Source: Phallusia mammillata
Taxonomy: Eukaryota
Reading direction: 5' to 3'
Assembly (NCBI GenBank): GCA_965637545.1
Contig: OZ281498.1
Span: 7,688,001-7,752,000 of the forward strand
Length of the DNA stretch: 64,000 nt
Shown one piece after another: positions 25,701 through 38,190 of the stretch; the stretch's first letter is position 1, and the number at the start of each line of letters is the position of its first letter. A program made the position numbers and the translations under genes. Below the pieces are notes generated by a model, which saw nothing but the letters and a program-made list of their open reading frames with translations, searched no databases and was not told the origin of the DNA.

Positions 25701-28700
25701 ACGTTTGGTTTAAAAATTACGGTCAAATATCATGACCCGAAGGCGGTGAAGTGATCACGGCCATCGCCTGGTGTGGTCGGTCAGCGGCAAACGAAGCGTA
25801 AAACAGGCATTACTCGCCTAAGCTCATAGGCAAAGCTGTAAAATTTGCCGGGTAATTGATTACTGGCATATGGGTTAACGCACCACATAGGTTACAAGCG
25901 TCTATGGTGAACGGCTGCGTAAAACCCGGGTAGAGCCTAAAGCGAATTAGTCGGTGTCCAGTTACCACGGAAATTGACTTCTTAAGACGCCGCTGTGAGC
26001 CCCGGCCTGTTGAACCACAGTGGACGCCTGGCCGGGCGATCACAAACACTTTAAACTTATTAACATGCTCTGATTAGCACAGGATTACGCCAATCCGGTA
26101 ACAAGGCGAGTAAGCTTGTAGCTTTAAAACTCAAATGACCCTTGAGCAGCGAAGGAACATTCCACAAAGACGCGAACAATATTTCAATAGAAAACCCTGT
26201 CCGCTACTGCCCATATGACAAATTGCGGGCGAAATTTGAGAGGCCCAACACATAACTCCCGGCCAAATTATGCATAAGTTCTTCCTATCGCGGCTGCACG
26301 CAGCAAAAGAGCGTGCGAACAACGAAACCGAACCTACTTTGCAGCGCTTTGTCGATCGCCCATGCCATGCTTGAGCGGTTGAGGGGCAAACACCGGCTTC
26401 TGTGTGCCATAAACTGTGTCGAGTCAAACGAGTTCGCCGACCACCCGCTTTTATCGCTGTTTGAGTGACCAACTTGTTTTACGTGACCGTTTGGACCGGC
26501 GATTTCAGATTGATTGACGCGATAATAGGATGCTTTAAATTGAAATATACGCAGAATGGCAAACACTGTTGCAAATAAAGCAGAGTTTTGCCAAAACATG
26601 TGCTGTTATTACCAAGATATGTTTATGTGTTTAGGTTAACCAGACAAGGAATGGAAAATCAACGTTCTTTGGACAGCGCGTTACATTGTGTATAAAGAAT
26701 CTACTAATAAGATAGTACGTGTGTGTGGTTTGTATCTGTACATAAACAGCGTTCAATGCGAAACCAGGATGCGACGATACTCAGGTGTTGGAGTGGCGAT
26801 GGCTTGACTGTTTCGCATACTCCTTTGCGTAGTAGAGTATACTCGTCCTAGGCACTCGTGGATTTGGGTGGAGAGGCCGGACGATGTGTAGATGTCGCCT
26901 CTCAAAGGCATTGAGACGTCCGCCCTTACACAATGCCGGAATTCGTGTCAAGCGATCACACGGAGCAGCGATTAAAAACATAAACATTGCACGAGCTCGA
27001 CAAGAGTTCCAAGCGCCTACGCTGCAATATAGGCTATATGTTACACAGCTAGTAGGGTAACACCGCTGTAATGATTCCCGATACCCGCTTCCGACGTATA
27101 AATCGCTTAGAGCGCTTGTAGCAAGGCGAATATGATGTATGACAGGGTGTCAGCAATCAACGCTACATCCGCACATCGTAGGCTCGGCGCAAGTTCAAAA
27201 CACTAGCCTGTATTACCGTGTTAAGGTGAATTTTATATGGGCACATTGATCCTTGTCTTATGAGCATGCAAAAGTTCATGCAGGAATTTCAAACCCAACA
27301 ATATAATTTTCTTATTTATTACACTTGCAAACAATGCAGCCATTATACTACAAACCATATTAAGTAAATTTGGACTGTTGTGCTACAAGAAAGCATAACG
27401 CAGGTGTTTTTCATTCGTAGAGTACACGCTCGTTTTGCAGAAGGTCAACACGGCATTGTTTTCAATACTGCTCTTAGAAACCTAACTCGGCGTGAGAATT
27501 TGACAGCAGACAGATAAACGACCGTCCCGCCAGACACCAGAACGATGCTCAGACCCACAACACTGGGCGGTAACGTTTTATGACATGGATCAACAAAATG
27601 TATGTCTCGTCGCCATTGGATTAAGATTGCGGTTTAAGATTTGAGAAGGCATGAATAAGCCTTCAAATCGTGAATGTGTCAATTTAGGTTTGTCACGCGG
27701 CGAGAGAGAAAATTTTAGGGTAAAAACTTCGCCACGGAAACGCTGCGGTCCACAGGGGGCAATTGAGTCACTATAAAGCGCGTGTAGTAGTTTTCTAACC
27801 GGAGCTCTTATATGAATGTACGTAAACAGAAAAATGCGGTGTTTGAAAAGCGTTGACTCACCAACCCTCAAGTGGCAAGCCTACGTCACAAATCCGCCAG
27901 CTGGTTCAATCAGGTTTTCGCAGATGCCCAAACATCCGATACGCTACGATTTGAAATGAAAACAAACCCCTTTATGCTTGCACTGTGGCGATTTGCCCCG
28001 CGGCCAGCGACTACAGACAGGACAATTTATGCAATTGGGTGGGCTCCGGCTGGAAAATTGAACCATCCAGTTCACTGAAAGCGATTTAAGGCTTAGTTTC
28101 ATTTTGGCAACGAAATATTTGGCTAGCATTGGTCCAGACGGAAGTATTTGCGTCACACAACTGCGCGGTAAAGATTTGTCAAATACATGACTAAGCGTAT
28201 TTTGACTAGGAACACGAAAATCAATGTTTAACGCCTTATGTGCAAAATATATCTATGGATAGACGGTACCCTTACCGTTCAACATTTACTACACACCTAT
28301 GACACAGCGATTCAAGTACTTGACCAGAAACTTAAGTGGCAAAAAGCACCGCACTCGCATAGCGAACATTCTGCCGTGATCTATGTCAAAACCTGTGCTC
28401 AGGTCGGCATTTTGACTTCTTAGAAGCGGCAGAACCGGAACAAAACCGTTGGTATTTTATGCCGTCATGCGGAGAGCTTTACAGTTTACACGCTGCCCTA
28501 TAATCAAGTGTTGCCTTACACGGCTTAAAAAAGGGTTGGGCCACACATGGCTTTTGCATTAATGTCAACAATCTTGATTGGAAACGTAGGTCAACAATTT
28601 TGTAAGTCCAACGACAAAAAGGTGTCCTTCTCCTCAAACACATAAATGTACCGGCTTAAGAGGAAACCGCATTGGTTTTTGATTCATCGCCGCATTTTAA

Positions 28701-31700
28701 AAAACAAATGAGTCAAACTGCGCTGCACGGATGGTAGGAATGGGGAGAAAAAAACGACTCAACGAAGCCGATGGACTTCTAAGCCTCCGCAGCAAAACCA
28801 ACAAAACTTTAAGTTTACACAAAGCAAGCGACGACGTCGGCGATGTCCGTACCAAGTGATTCCAGTTGCAATAAAATATATGATATTTGGACACACAGTG
28901 GTCTACGAGGTCGTAACACCTGCCCGGGCACGCGCGGGTCTAGAATAGATACAACAAGGGGTAGGGGTACCAACCAACATGCTACACTTCAAGCAAGCCG
29001 TAACAAAACAAGCCCGTTGCCGGTGTTGGCGATGGAGACACAAAAACGCTTTTCGTGTACAGACCAAATGACTTGTTTAACCTAATGGTTGTTGAACAGG
29101 ATCGATACAGATGTCAGTACCGGCGGAGTGAGCCAATATATCGCGGTGTTTATTTGGCGAAGCGTGTTGGTATGTATACCTGTGTGCTGTCGGGCGGAAA
29201 CGCCTCAAAACAGTGCAGCACACGTATCCGCTGACTTCAGTTTGGCTAAATTCCTGCAACAGACGTCATGTAAAGGTCACTGTGGCCAGTATCAGTGATT
29301 GCACTGCCGGTCAGTGCGTTTGCATTAGAAGTAGGTTAAAAAACGACGTTGTCTACTAGCGAGTTAAGTGTCAAATTGTAAGATTATCAAGTACAGGCCA
29401 TATACTAGTGCATACAAAGCCCAAAGCATCACTGTATAAATATTTGAACCCGCGTTTGCTGTGTCGACACTCTTGAGCATACGCCAACACCGCACCACTT
29501 CATCGTACTATACAGGGCTTCAGGCGTTCCTCTTTCACAATACAGTCGATGCGTTGCGTAATAGCTGACAAAGTTTGGAATCCAGCAGTGCGTCCGTGGA
29601 TCCATAGGCATATGCACAGGGTGAGTTTCCTTTACTCGTCCTGGTTAACCAGAAATGTGCAGGCTGTGCAGGGATCGTGCTGCGTAACCTAACACTCTTT
29701 AGCGACGCGGCGTGTGTTAATTAAGCGCCAGACGGAAGCGCTTTGCCCCTGGAATGACGATTCCGTCATGTGCAAGACGGACGCTTAAAATACGGGAGAT
29801 TCCGCAAGCTGCTTGGCGCTTTGAATAATTTAATACTTTGTCTCAGGTTTTTCCAAGTTTAGGTTCAACGTCGCCACACAACAGCTGGTATAGGTGGAAG
29901 GCTAGGCGCACTGCCTGAAAATGCAGGCACGAATGGTGCGCTCTGGCATCCCGGCGTGAGGCAGACTCTAGGTCGCCATACCAATGCACTTCACTCCATA
30001 CGCGCTTTGAAGTCCAAAATAGCACTCTGACTATGGCGAAGCAAATTAGGAATGCGCTATAAGGTGCCAAGCGCCGCAAGAAATACGGTTGCGTAATACT
30101 GAGACGCGTCAGAACAATTTTGGGGGTTGTAAGGTTGTAATTTTTGCAGGCCAATGTTAGGTGAATAACTTCCCTATAGCATTCCTATGCGAGCAATAGT
30201 GTGCCGTCTCGGTGGCCTCTACAAATAGCAGCAGCGGTCGCGAATTTGTGAATGGAAACGTCGGTGGGGAACTGTGCGCCACAGTTCCGGCTTTACTGCG
30301 TAGTATGGCAGCCCCCTACCGCACAGTAAAAGCCGCATTAGAAGCAGAAACTGTTATGAGTCAAATGGCGCCGAATTGTTGAATGCAAATGTTTAGTCCT
30401 CTCATGGTGGTTAAACTTTACAATTCAATTGTCTTCCGGGTTTACTATTGGCGCGTTCCCAAGTTTTGCAACATTTTTGCACTAAGTATATAGTATCACT
30501 TACCAAGGAAGTAAATTTAGCATTCAAAGTTTTCATTATCGCTATTTAGCACCATTGGGTGTTTCATTTCCTTAAAACTATCAACTAAAACTAGAACACT
30601 GGGTCGCCAGAGGCCAGCTTTACACAGTGGTCTGTAAGTACTTGCTCATAGGTCTGGAATGTATGTCAGTCGGTGGTTTGTTTATTTGGTCAAGCCGGCG
30701 CGAAGGGGTTGGCTTTGCGCCGTGGTAAAACGAAGCCCTAAGCTCTGGCTTTTAATAAAACCGCACCGAGGATGTGTAATGCATGTTGCTACGCCATGTT
30801 TAGGATATCCTCTGCCGACGATGTGGCTTTATCTTGGCTTTGGGATGAAACATGTTATACACTGGAAATGCATCCTACCCGAGTGCCGTATTTATTTCCC
30901 GTGTCCATGCGTTTAGGGATCTTGTAGTCAGCAGGGTCGCGAACCCGGTTAAAAGTTTGGTCCGAATATATCATGCAAGTGGAAATGGAAATGTCGTGCC
31001 ACGGGAAGGAAACGCAAGGTCATTGGCTCGGTCAACTACAGGCGCGAGTTTGGGGAACAATGTCCATCAATGGTGTAAATTGTCCGCTCCGTATTGTCGA
31101 ATAAACCGAGTTACAATGATCCCATGGTCCATCAGGGCAACGCGAGTGGCCCAATGTATTTTTTGTTCTAATTTCTATACTGACAACTAGAGTTTGAAAT
31201 TCGTCTGAAAACTGGGACGTTGTACATACAACTATATCTAAATTTAATATTTTTATCTAAAAGAAGCATTTTCAGAAGTAATTTGGTCCGTTATCTGGCG
31301 GTTGGTGCTGCGTCATTTAGACATCTTTTGTTTACAAACTCCACAGACATACTGGTACCACGAAGTTAAACGCTCAAGCTGAATTGAAAGGTAGCAAAAA
31401 AACTTTATTGCACCGGGGAGCCCCAAAATTAGGAAACAACACACACGCGACGACGCCTCCGTAAGAATAATATTATGGGGCGTGCGGTCTACACTACCGG
31501 GTCAAGCCCTGGGACATACAATAGCAAACGCCGCTGAACTTCGCTCAGGTTCCTTATGAAAACAACAGCGACATAACAGCCGATGACTGAAGACGGCGAT
31601 CGACCAACGGTTGCCCTCCTTATGTCAGGCACTTTCGCTGGCTGATGAGATGGACAAGGGGCCCTACGTTAGGTATTGCATTGTGGCGAGACCAAGCGTA

Positions 31701-34700
31701 TCATGGGTTCGTGCCAGGCGGACATTCAGGAAGCCGTATGATAAATAACGGAAGGGGGTCACACATTTTGAGTTAAAATCCACAACGGCGCTCGCATGTG
31801 CGGTTCACGGCAAGGAGAAGGGACCATTCGGCAATGCGTTCCGCCCCAAAGGCAAACATATAATGCACACACCGCGCGTACTCAAGAATCGGAATGGCTT
31901 TGTTACAGCGACTGGGGCTTCGGTAAACGAAAGGGGTCTTATCGGTTGGGCCCGGAAGAAGATAACCCCAACGCGATACGGACAGTTAGCGATGTATCGC
32001 ACCCATTATAAACACATGCGGCTCCGTGGTGCACATAGGGGCACTGAATGGCCGACTATCAATCCTTGCCGAACAAAAGCTATGACGCTGGGCAGTCTCG
32101 ACAAAGCTGATTTTTGCCCGTAAAATCTCCGTGGCTCACTTTTTCTCACGTTTGTGAAGTTGTAATGAATGATGGACATGTCAGTGCGCTGGTATTGTCC
32201 TGCCGCTCAAGACTTGCTTTCCTGGCTGCGAGCCAAGCGTTCAAGTACACGATCGGAACCTTGATAGGATTACAATGCCACACCGTTGATTGAAGCGATT
32301 AAAAGCACAATTACCTTATGACGAACCAATTTTCAATCACAAAGGCGATAAACCAAAATCTGGCTGCTTAGTTATGAAGTACACGTTTATTATAGCTCGC
32401 ATTACCTAACATGCACACAACGTATGGTTGGTGTCGTATTTTTAAGTGGGATTAATTTGCAGTGACGATGTGTTGCACAACGACCGGTGTTAAGTGCCAC
32501 AATTGCAATTAAGCTGTCGCCTTCATCGGTGTGATTTTAATAACACCTTACCAAGTGAACACGCCCAAGTAATCGAGTCAATTCGAGAGGTTAAAACATT
32601 TAGATATACAATGAACTCTGCTGCAACCCATGTAATGTTCGCGGTAGCTCGAATATTTAAATTGCAAATTCCTCGATAGCCGAACAAGTGCTAAATCACA
32701 GGTTAGCGAACGTTTCGCTGAAGCGTGTGCTTTGTGCTGGACACCGGCAATTAAGGCATTGTTGCTTTACGGTCAACAATACGCGTGCCAAAAGCCCTGT
32801 AGTTTGACGAGGGACTTGGTGTTGTTTTTGCAACAGGGCACCACGCCACTGCACAAATTGTAGAGATCGATCGATTCATAAAAAATGCATGGAGCAATAC
32901 GTCACGGCGCCCTCAACGACAAAGGCGCGGCAAAAAAACTTTTCATTACCCAGCATGGTGTATACCTAATAACGAAAGCCTAAATGCAATGGCATCATGG
33001 GTCTTTTGTTGCATGTTAAATGCAGTGAATCATTAAGCCTTAAATTGCACCGAAGACTTTTAACCACATCCTATAAGAAACAACATATGATGGCGCACTT
33101 TTCTCAACATAAGTCCCTTTTTTTCTGTAATAGCTGTTAGTTAAATACATAGCAGTATGTGAGATCAAACGTGTGGCACGTTAGTGGGTAGTTAATATTT
33201 CATGACGCCTTATTCAAAAACGGGTAAAGAGCCGGCGCGAGGAAAAGAGAAAGGAATCCTAAGGTTTGGTCAAATAAAGAACGATAAATCCAGACAATTG
33301 CAAAATGCTAAATCTCGCGCCGTGCCGAACAACTGCTGTGGCGGGGATCAAAGCCCGGTTCCGATCCAGACAGTACGCGTGTGCTCCGTAGGAAGTAGCT
33401 GGGCAACCGTAAGCCCCATGGGCCGAACTACGAGACTTTGGTTTGGTGATATCATATTGAGGTTAGTAAGCACGCGAACTTATTGCTCATTTACTGTATC
33501 ATCGGACAAAATTGTGTTTGCTCGGCGCAGCAATTAACGGCCTCTCATACCAATAAAGTGTAATTTAATTTTCTGTCGGTCCAGGTTGCCGGGACGGGTA
33601 CAGTGTTTAGGCCTTCCACGATTTAATATCGAGACTCTGTCGTTAGGATTATTGCGCAGGGTCTTTTATGGCGTGTTCGCCGAAAACACGAAAAGGAAAC
33701 AAGCGCTCGGAAACAATCGACACAGCAACAGTTAAAAGGTAGCCATGGCTTGCGGGTGGCCATGACTTAAATGCCTTTACGCTCGGCCGAGCGCGACTGG
33801 CAAGAAAAACATCAATCGCCGGTCGGCGCGAGGGGTTTATGTGACGTAGGCCAAAAGCACCAGGTGACAGACCAAATCCCACGATAATGGCCTTGGCCTT
33901 GTGAATTCCTTCGATAACGAGGCACTGTCCCACTGGGTACAAACGCCACTAACGTCTGCAGACTATTCCATAAGGAAAGATGTTGCGCAATTCATGCTGT
34001 GGTGTCTTAGGTTGCCGGCAAGGCTAAACATTGCTGAGCCGTGATGGACTGACCACTTGATCCGAAAATCATACACCAGTGGTCAATGCGCTGTTAAGTG
34101 TATATATAGCCAGCCTTAGTACGACAACAGCGGACGCCTGAGGCAAAATTTTAATTGAGACGTTGTACACCTGATATGAAACAAGTACACATTTCTTTCA
34201 CACAGCAATCTACTGCGTATTGCGGACGCCCACCAAATCCGAAAGTGCTTGTGATTTTAAAGCAATTCATAAAATTGTACGCTTGGTTAGACGCATATGT
34301 CGCCTCAAGCTGTCGTTAGATAACACAGTCCACATAAACCCTAAGATGCGCTATGTGTCATAGGTACTTTCCATCGCTGCAAAATAGGCTCGGCGGTTGC
34401 TCGAGAGAGAGAAATTCACAATGCGGCGAGCTATGGAAACAGTTACCTCATGGGCCACCGTAAACATCGTGCGTTCTGTCACTTGTGTAAGCCACACTGA
34501 ACTTTTCTGCGATTTCTCCTTGCGGGGAACACGGCTTGCAGAATTCCCCATGCGCATTTTTATCAAGACAGAAGTCGCGATCTGAGGACCAATTAGCGCG
34601 CTGGCACCACTTAGGTCACCCGAATTGGGACTTGCAAATATTATTCACAGGAATGCAGTCACTGTAATGCGCTCAGTGCAGAGTCCCGAAAGGGCGAATG

Positions 34701-35526
34701 TTTAACGTTTCCCAGTAGCGTCGAATAGTCTACCCTTAACATGGCCTTGTCGTAATAAGGCAAAGAACAAAAAATCGATCGAAGCACTACGCTAACGCTT
34801 TCTAGGTTGTAAACATATACGAGGTGCATAGAATTTGGTTCAATATCAAAAGGGTGACACTGTGATAGATCAAAGCAGTGAAGGTTTACCATTTATCAAA
34901 CAAGAACTGTTTGATATTTTACATATGTGCGAATAACTAACAAGAGAAACATATATTTATGTTCGTACGTTACTAAAAGCAGCAATCAGTGTAAAAATAA
35001 ATGAATTCACAGTAGATAATCTATCGTAAACTATAAACATACCGCCCCGAGTTAAAAACATAAACCGGTAGAATATTAAAGTTTAAATTGGGCGGCATAT
35101 AAATAGTAAGCATCGATGGATGTTAAGAGTTAATTGCGCGCAAACGAAACTACATAACATCGCACCTTCATTCCCGACCAGACACAACAAACAGACGATG
35201 CGAAACCAGACTGGTTGGGGCTTTGCTATTTCCGCTGCCCTACCATCGGCGCTGAAGGATATATCAGCCGGGGTATCAGCGCCCGTTTTGGGCCGAAGTC
35301 AAGCGACCCGTGCAATGGCCGCGCAAAGTGTCAAAGGTGTCAAGCTGATACGTCAATCAAAAGGTGGCCCCGTATAAATTGATTTGACCCATACACAAAT
35401 CTTGTACATTTCTTTAATATTAACCAACGCAGCTTTTTTTAAATATGAAAAACTTCTTGTAAGCGCACCACCTAATTTTTACAATTGTTTAGTATTTAAA
35501 ACTCAAGTAAAATTGAATTGACGTAC
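22775..35526 (-). other. Myc: Myc coding-region intron, 12,752 bp, GT-AG, phase 1
   Basis: Donor gtacgt and acceptor tttgcag join SDS to DEEIDVVTVEK in frame, the same position as vertebrate MYC intron 2. I found no recognisable coding exon inside it. Confidence 0.9.
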
Positions 35527-36139
35527 CGGAATCGCTGGGGCTGTCGCTACCATCGCTCCGCCGCCTAATCATCGTTGCTGGGTTTAGAGCACTTAGCCTT
35601 CCCCCAACTTCGCACTTCTGTTCAGGAAACACAGACCGTGGGTCAACGAATCCATTGGCGGGAAGTAGACTCACAGTTGCCGGCGAATCATCTCTCCAGC
35701 GTCGGGGTACTTCTGAATGCGGCTTGTGGCCTGAGCCGTTCCACATGCAGTCTTTGATAAGTTTTTGACCAGAACTTTGGTCTTCATAGCCTTCCGTGCA
35801 GTTGTTACTTGTGGCGTCGAAGTTACTCGTGGTGTCGGTCATGGGTGGATCGTTGCATTGGCCCAGACAGTCGCTAACTTGGGCCAAGGTTTCTGTAGTG
35901 TCTGTGTTGAAAATTTGGCCAACTTCAGAATCACTATCGGAATCGACCGAACCGTCGTGTTCCGGTGACAGGGGTGGGGTTGGGATAAGTTCAAATTTCT
36001 TCCAAATCTCTTCACTGGGTGCAGCACCCTGGCAGGGTATGCAAGGCTGGTCGTCGTCAATCTCGTTGTAGAAAAACGGCAGCAGGTTTAGATATTCCAT
36101 CATGGCCTGATCGTGGTTGTTTTGCGCAGCAGATTTCAT
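35527..36139 (-). CDS. Myc: Myc proto-oncogene family transcription factor, first coding exon (N-terminal transactivation region)
   Basis: Translation shows LLPFFYNE (MB0-like), APSEEIWKKFELIPTPPLSP (Myc box I with TPPLSP phosphodegron), KLIKDCMWNG (Myc box II) and GFVDPRSVFP (MBIIIa-like). The exon ends TCC G|gtacgt (GT donor at 35526-35525, phase 1). The supplied ORF runs past the donor into the intron. Confidence 0.97.
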
Positions 36140-36143
36140 TGCG

Positions 36144-36150
36144 CTGAAAA
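36144..36150 (-). promoter_or_regulatory. Candidate splice (or trans-splice) acceptor TTTTCAG 4 nt upstream of the Myc ATG
   Basis: Minus strand reads gttttcag|cgcaATG. An in-frame stop a short distance upstream closes the frame. Confidence 0.5.
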
Positions 36151-36418
36151 CTTTGCAGCCACGAGCTAAGAGACAAACTAGCCAACAACCTTAGGACTGC
36201 AAAATAAATCAAAGTTACAAAAAAAATCTTTATTTTTTTTTTTCATTACTTGCACTAAATCTTGCACCCAAATTCTGCAACCAACTTTACCAAACACTGC
36301 ATAAGCTGAAAGATGAAAATCTAAAGTCTCAAGCAGACTTGGTATACACTTAAAAGATTGACTATGGAATCGGAACAGCTGCCCAGATAGAAGTGCCACA
36401 GAGAGCCAACTCCCTTGC

Positions 36419-36428
36419 CTATATAAAT
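36419..36428. promoter_or_regulatory. TATA-like element about 280 bp upstream of the Myc ATG
   Basis: ctatataaat. It matches TATAWAWR better on + than on -, so orientation is uncertain. Confidence 0.3.
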
Positions 36429-37266
36429 CAACGGAAGTTAGCGATGCTGAAAAAGGTGCCACACTACATCGCTAAGACCTTTCGTTAAAGCTAAACTAAA
36501 AAGGAATGCAAAAGCCGGCAACTTTTTTTGGTGGTCGTCACTCTGTTAGTCAATACACTTTGTTAAACTGCGATCGCCTTTTTTCCTCGCATTTTAACAC
36601 TCTCTTTTTTTACAAAGCACAACAAACAGCCAAACGCCGGTTACAAACGTCGAACGTACGATGATGGGAGTTATCAATGGCTGTGGTGAGTATAGTGACG
36701 TTTGTGTTAGTCGAGTTGTAAAGGTTGCTTTTGCAAGTTGATGTACATGCACATATACAATGCAAAAACAGTCTGCCACTAATTTTACATGAGTTTTACA
36801 AAACTGTCTAATTCCATATTCGGTCGTTACTTGCAGTTACAATTTGCACACTTTACTTGATAACTTAAACTTTCAAAATACATCTTGTTAATAAATATAA
36901 GGTATGACCGAATACACAAACAACAAACAATCAGTGATTTTGTTAATTTTATCATTTTCATATGTAAACCAAGACCCCTTAAAACGAATTTACGTCTTAA
37001 TTTGACTGTGTACAAAGCTTACTAAAATCCAAAACAAATTTCACCGAACTAAATATACCTAAAATAAATCTAAAATCATAAAACCACTACAACGCAACAA
37101 ATATGCTTATACTTGACTTGCTGGCCACCCTAAAGTTCTTGTATTGCAATTTGGCGAAGTTGACATTGTCAAACTAACAAAAAACACCAAAAACGAACAA
37201 AACTGTACAAAAACTACACAAGCCTACAAGTCTATCCAACTGCAAGGACGAATCAGCTGTAAAACA

Positions 37267-37650
37267 TTTCGCGCGAGATGAAAGCGCTCTTGCGGTGGAG
37301 AGCGAAGAGCACTCTATTCTCTCTTTGCTCTGTGGTACACGCAGGCACACACACGCCAACGCCAACACCGCGTTTTCCCGCCAAATCGTTTATTGTTGAG
37401 GCGGAATATTTCCCCAAGCAGGAAAACGGAACTGCAACGAATTTTGCCGAAATCAACAAGTTTATCAGGCGCAGCGCCGAAGTTGTGATGTCAGGGCATA
37501 GCAGTTTTTTTTAATTTCCAGTGCAAACCGTTTGCTCTGAGGCGTTAAACCATCTACGTTTCGCAACCGCCAGACAAGTTACGCAATAGTAAGGCGGTGC
37601 CTGAAGTGTCACGTGATGAAAAAGCGTCAAAGAAAATAGGGGAAAACCCC
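37267..37650 (-). promoter_or_regulatory. Candidate Myc distal promoter: two E2F sites, an E-box and a kappaB-like site
   Basis: TTTCGCGC 37267-37274; TTTTCCCGCCAAA 37373-37385 (TTTGGCGGGAAAA on the Myc strand); TCACGTGA around 37609-37616; GGGGAAAACCCC 37639-37650. Locally GC/CpG rich. Confidence 0.5.
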
Positions 37651-37814
37651 AGCTCCCAGCCACTGAGATCGGTGGCGACAGCACAACCTAGCGGATATAT
37701 TGAGTTTTCGTTTCGCACCGCGCTGCAGTTTTAGACATTTTCACACGGAGCTTCGCTTTGTGCCTTTCTGAGTTCTAGCTATACATACAAATTCAAATAA
37801 ATAAATGTAAAAAC

Positions 37815-38190
37815 ATTACAGCGACACAATTTTTTTCTTTGTCTGGAATTATGAACCACAATTAGGTTATAAACCAGAACGTTACACCAACACAAAAATT
37901 TCGCTTTCCTAGGAATTATAAACCACAAGTAAGAAATAAACCAGAAAAAATGAATAGAGTTACATAACAAATCTCTTTTCTAGGAATTGTGAACCACAAT
38001 TAAGGAAAAACCAGAAAATACAAAAGCATTACACTGTAAATACAAAAGCATTACTGCTTGCAACAAACCTACCCATTACACTGTAATGCTTTTGTATTTT
38101 CTGGTTTTTGTAATGATTTAATGATTACAGCAACACAAAAATTTCTCTTTTACCAGAAATTATAAACCACAATTAAGTTATAAACCAGAA
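37815..38190. repeat. Diverged ~70-bp tandem repeat (4 copies) interrupted by an inverted-repeat insertion
   Basis: The anchor GGAATT(A/G)T(A/G)AACCAC recurs at 37845, 37912, 37983 and about 38155. A perfect 28-bp inverted repeat lies at 38006-38033 / 38082-38109. Confidence 0.85.

Noticed and set aside
21348-36139. Two separate Myc genes or a Myc pseudogene pair
   Set aside because: The two blocks hold complementary, non-overlapping Myc boxes and splice in frame through canonical GT-AG sites, so they form one gene.
36140-36200. Upstream in-frame CUG start as in vertebrate MYC1
   Set aside because: There is no in-frame CTG between the upstream stop and the ATG, and a splice acceptor probably lies 4 nt before the ATG.
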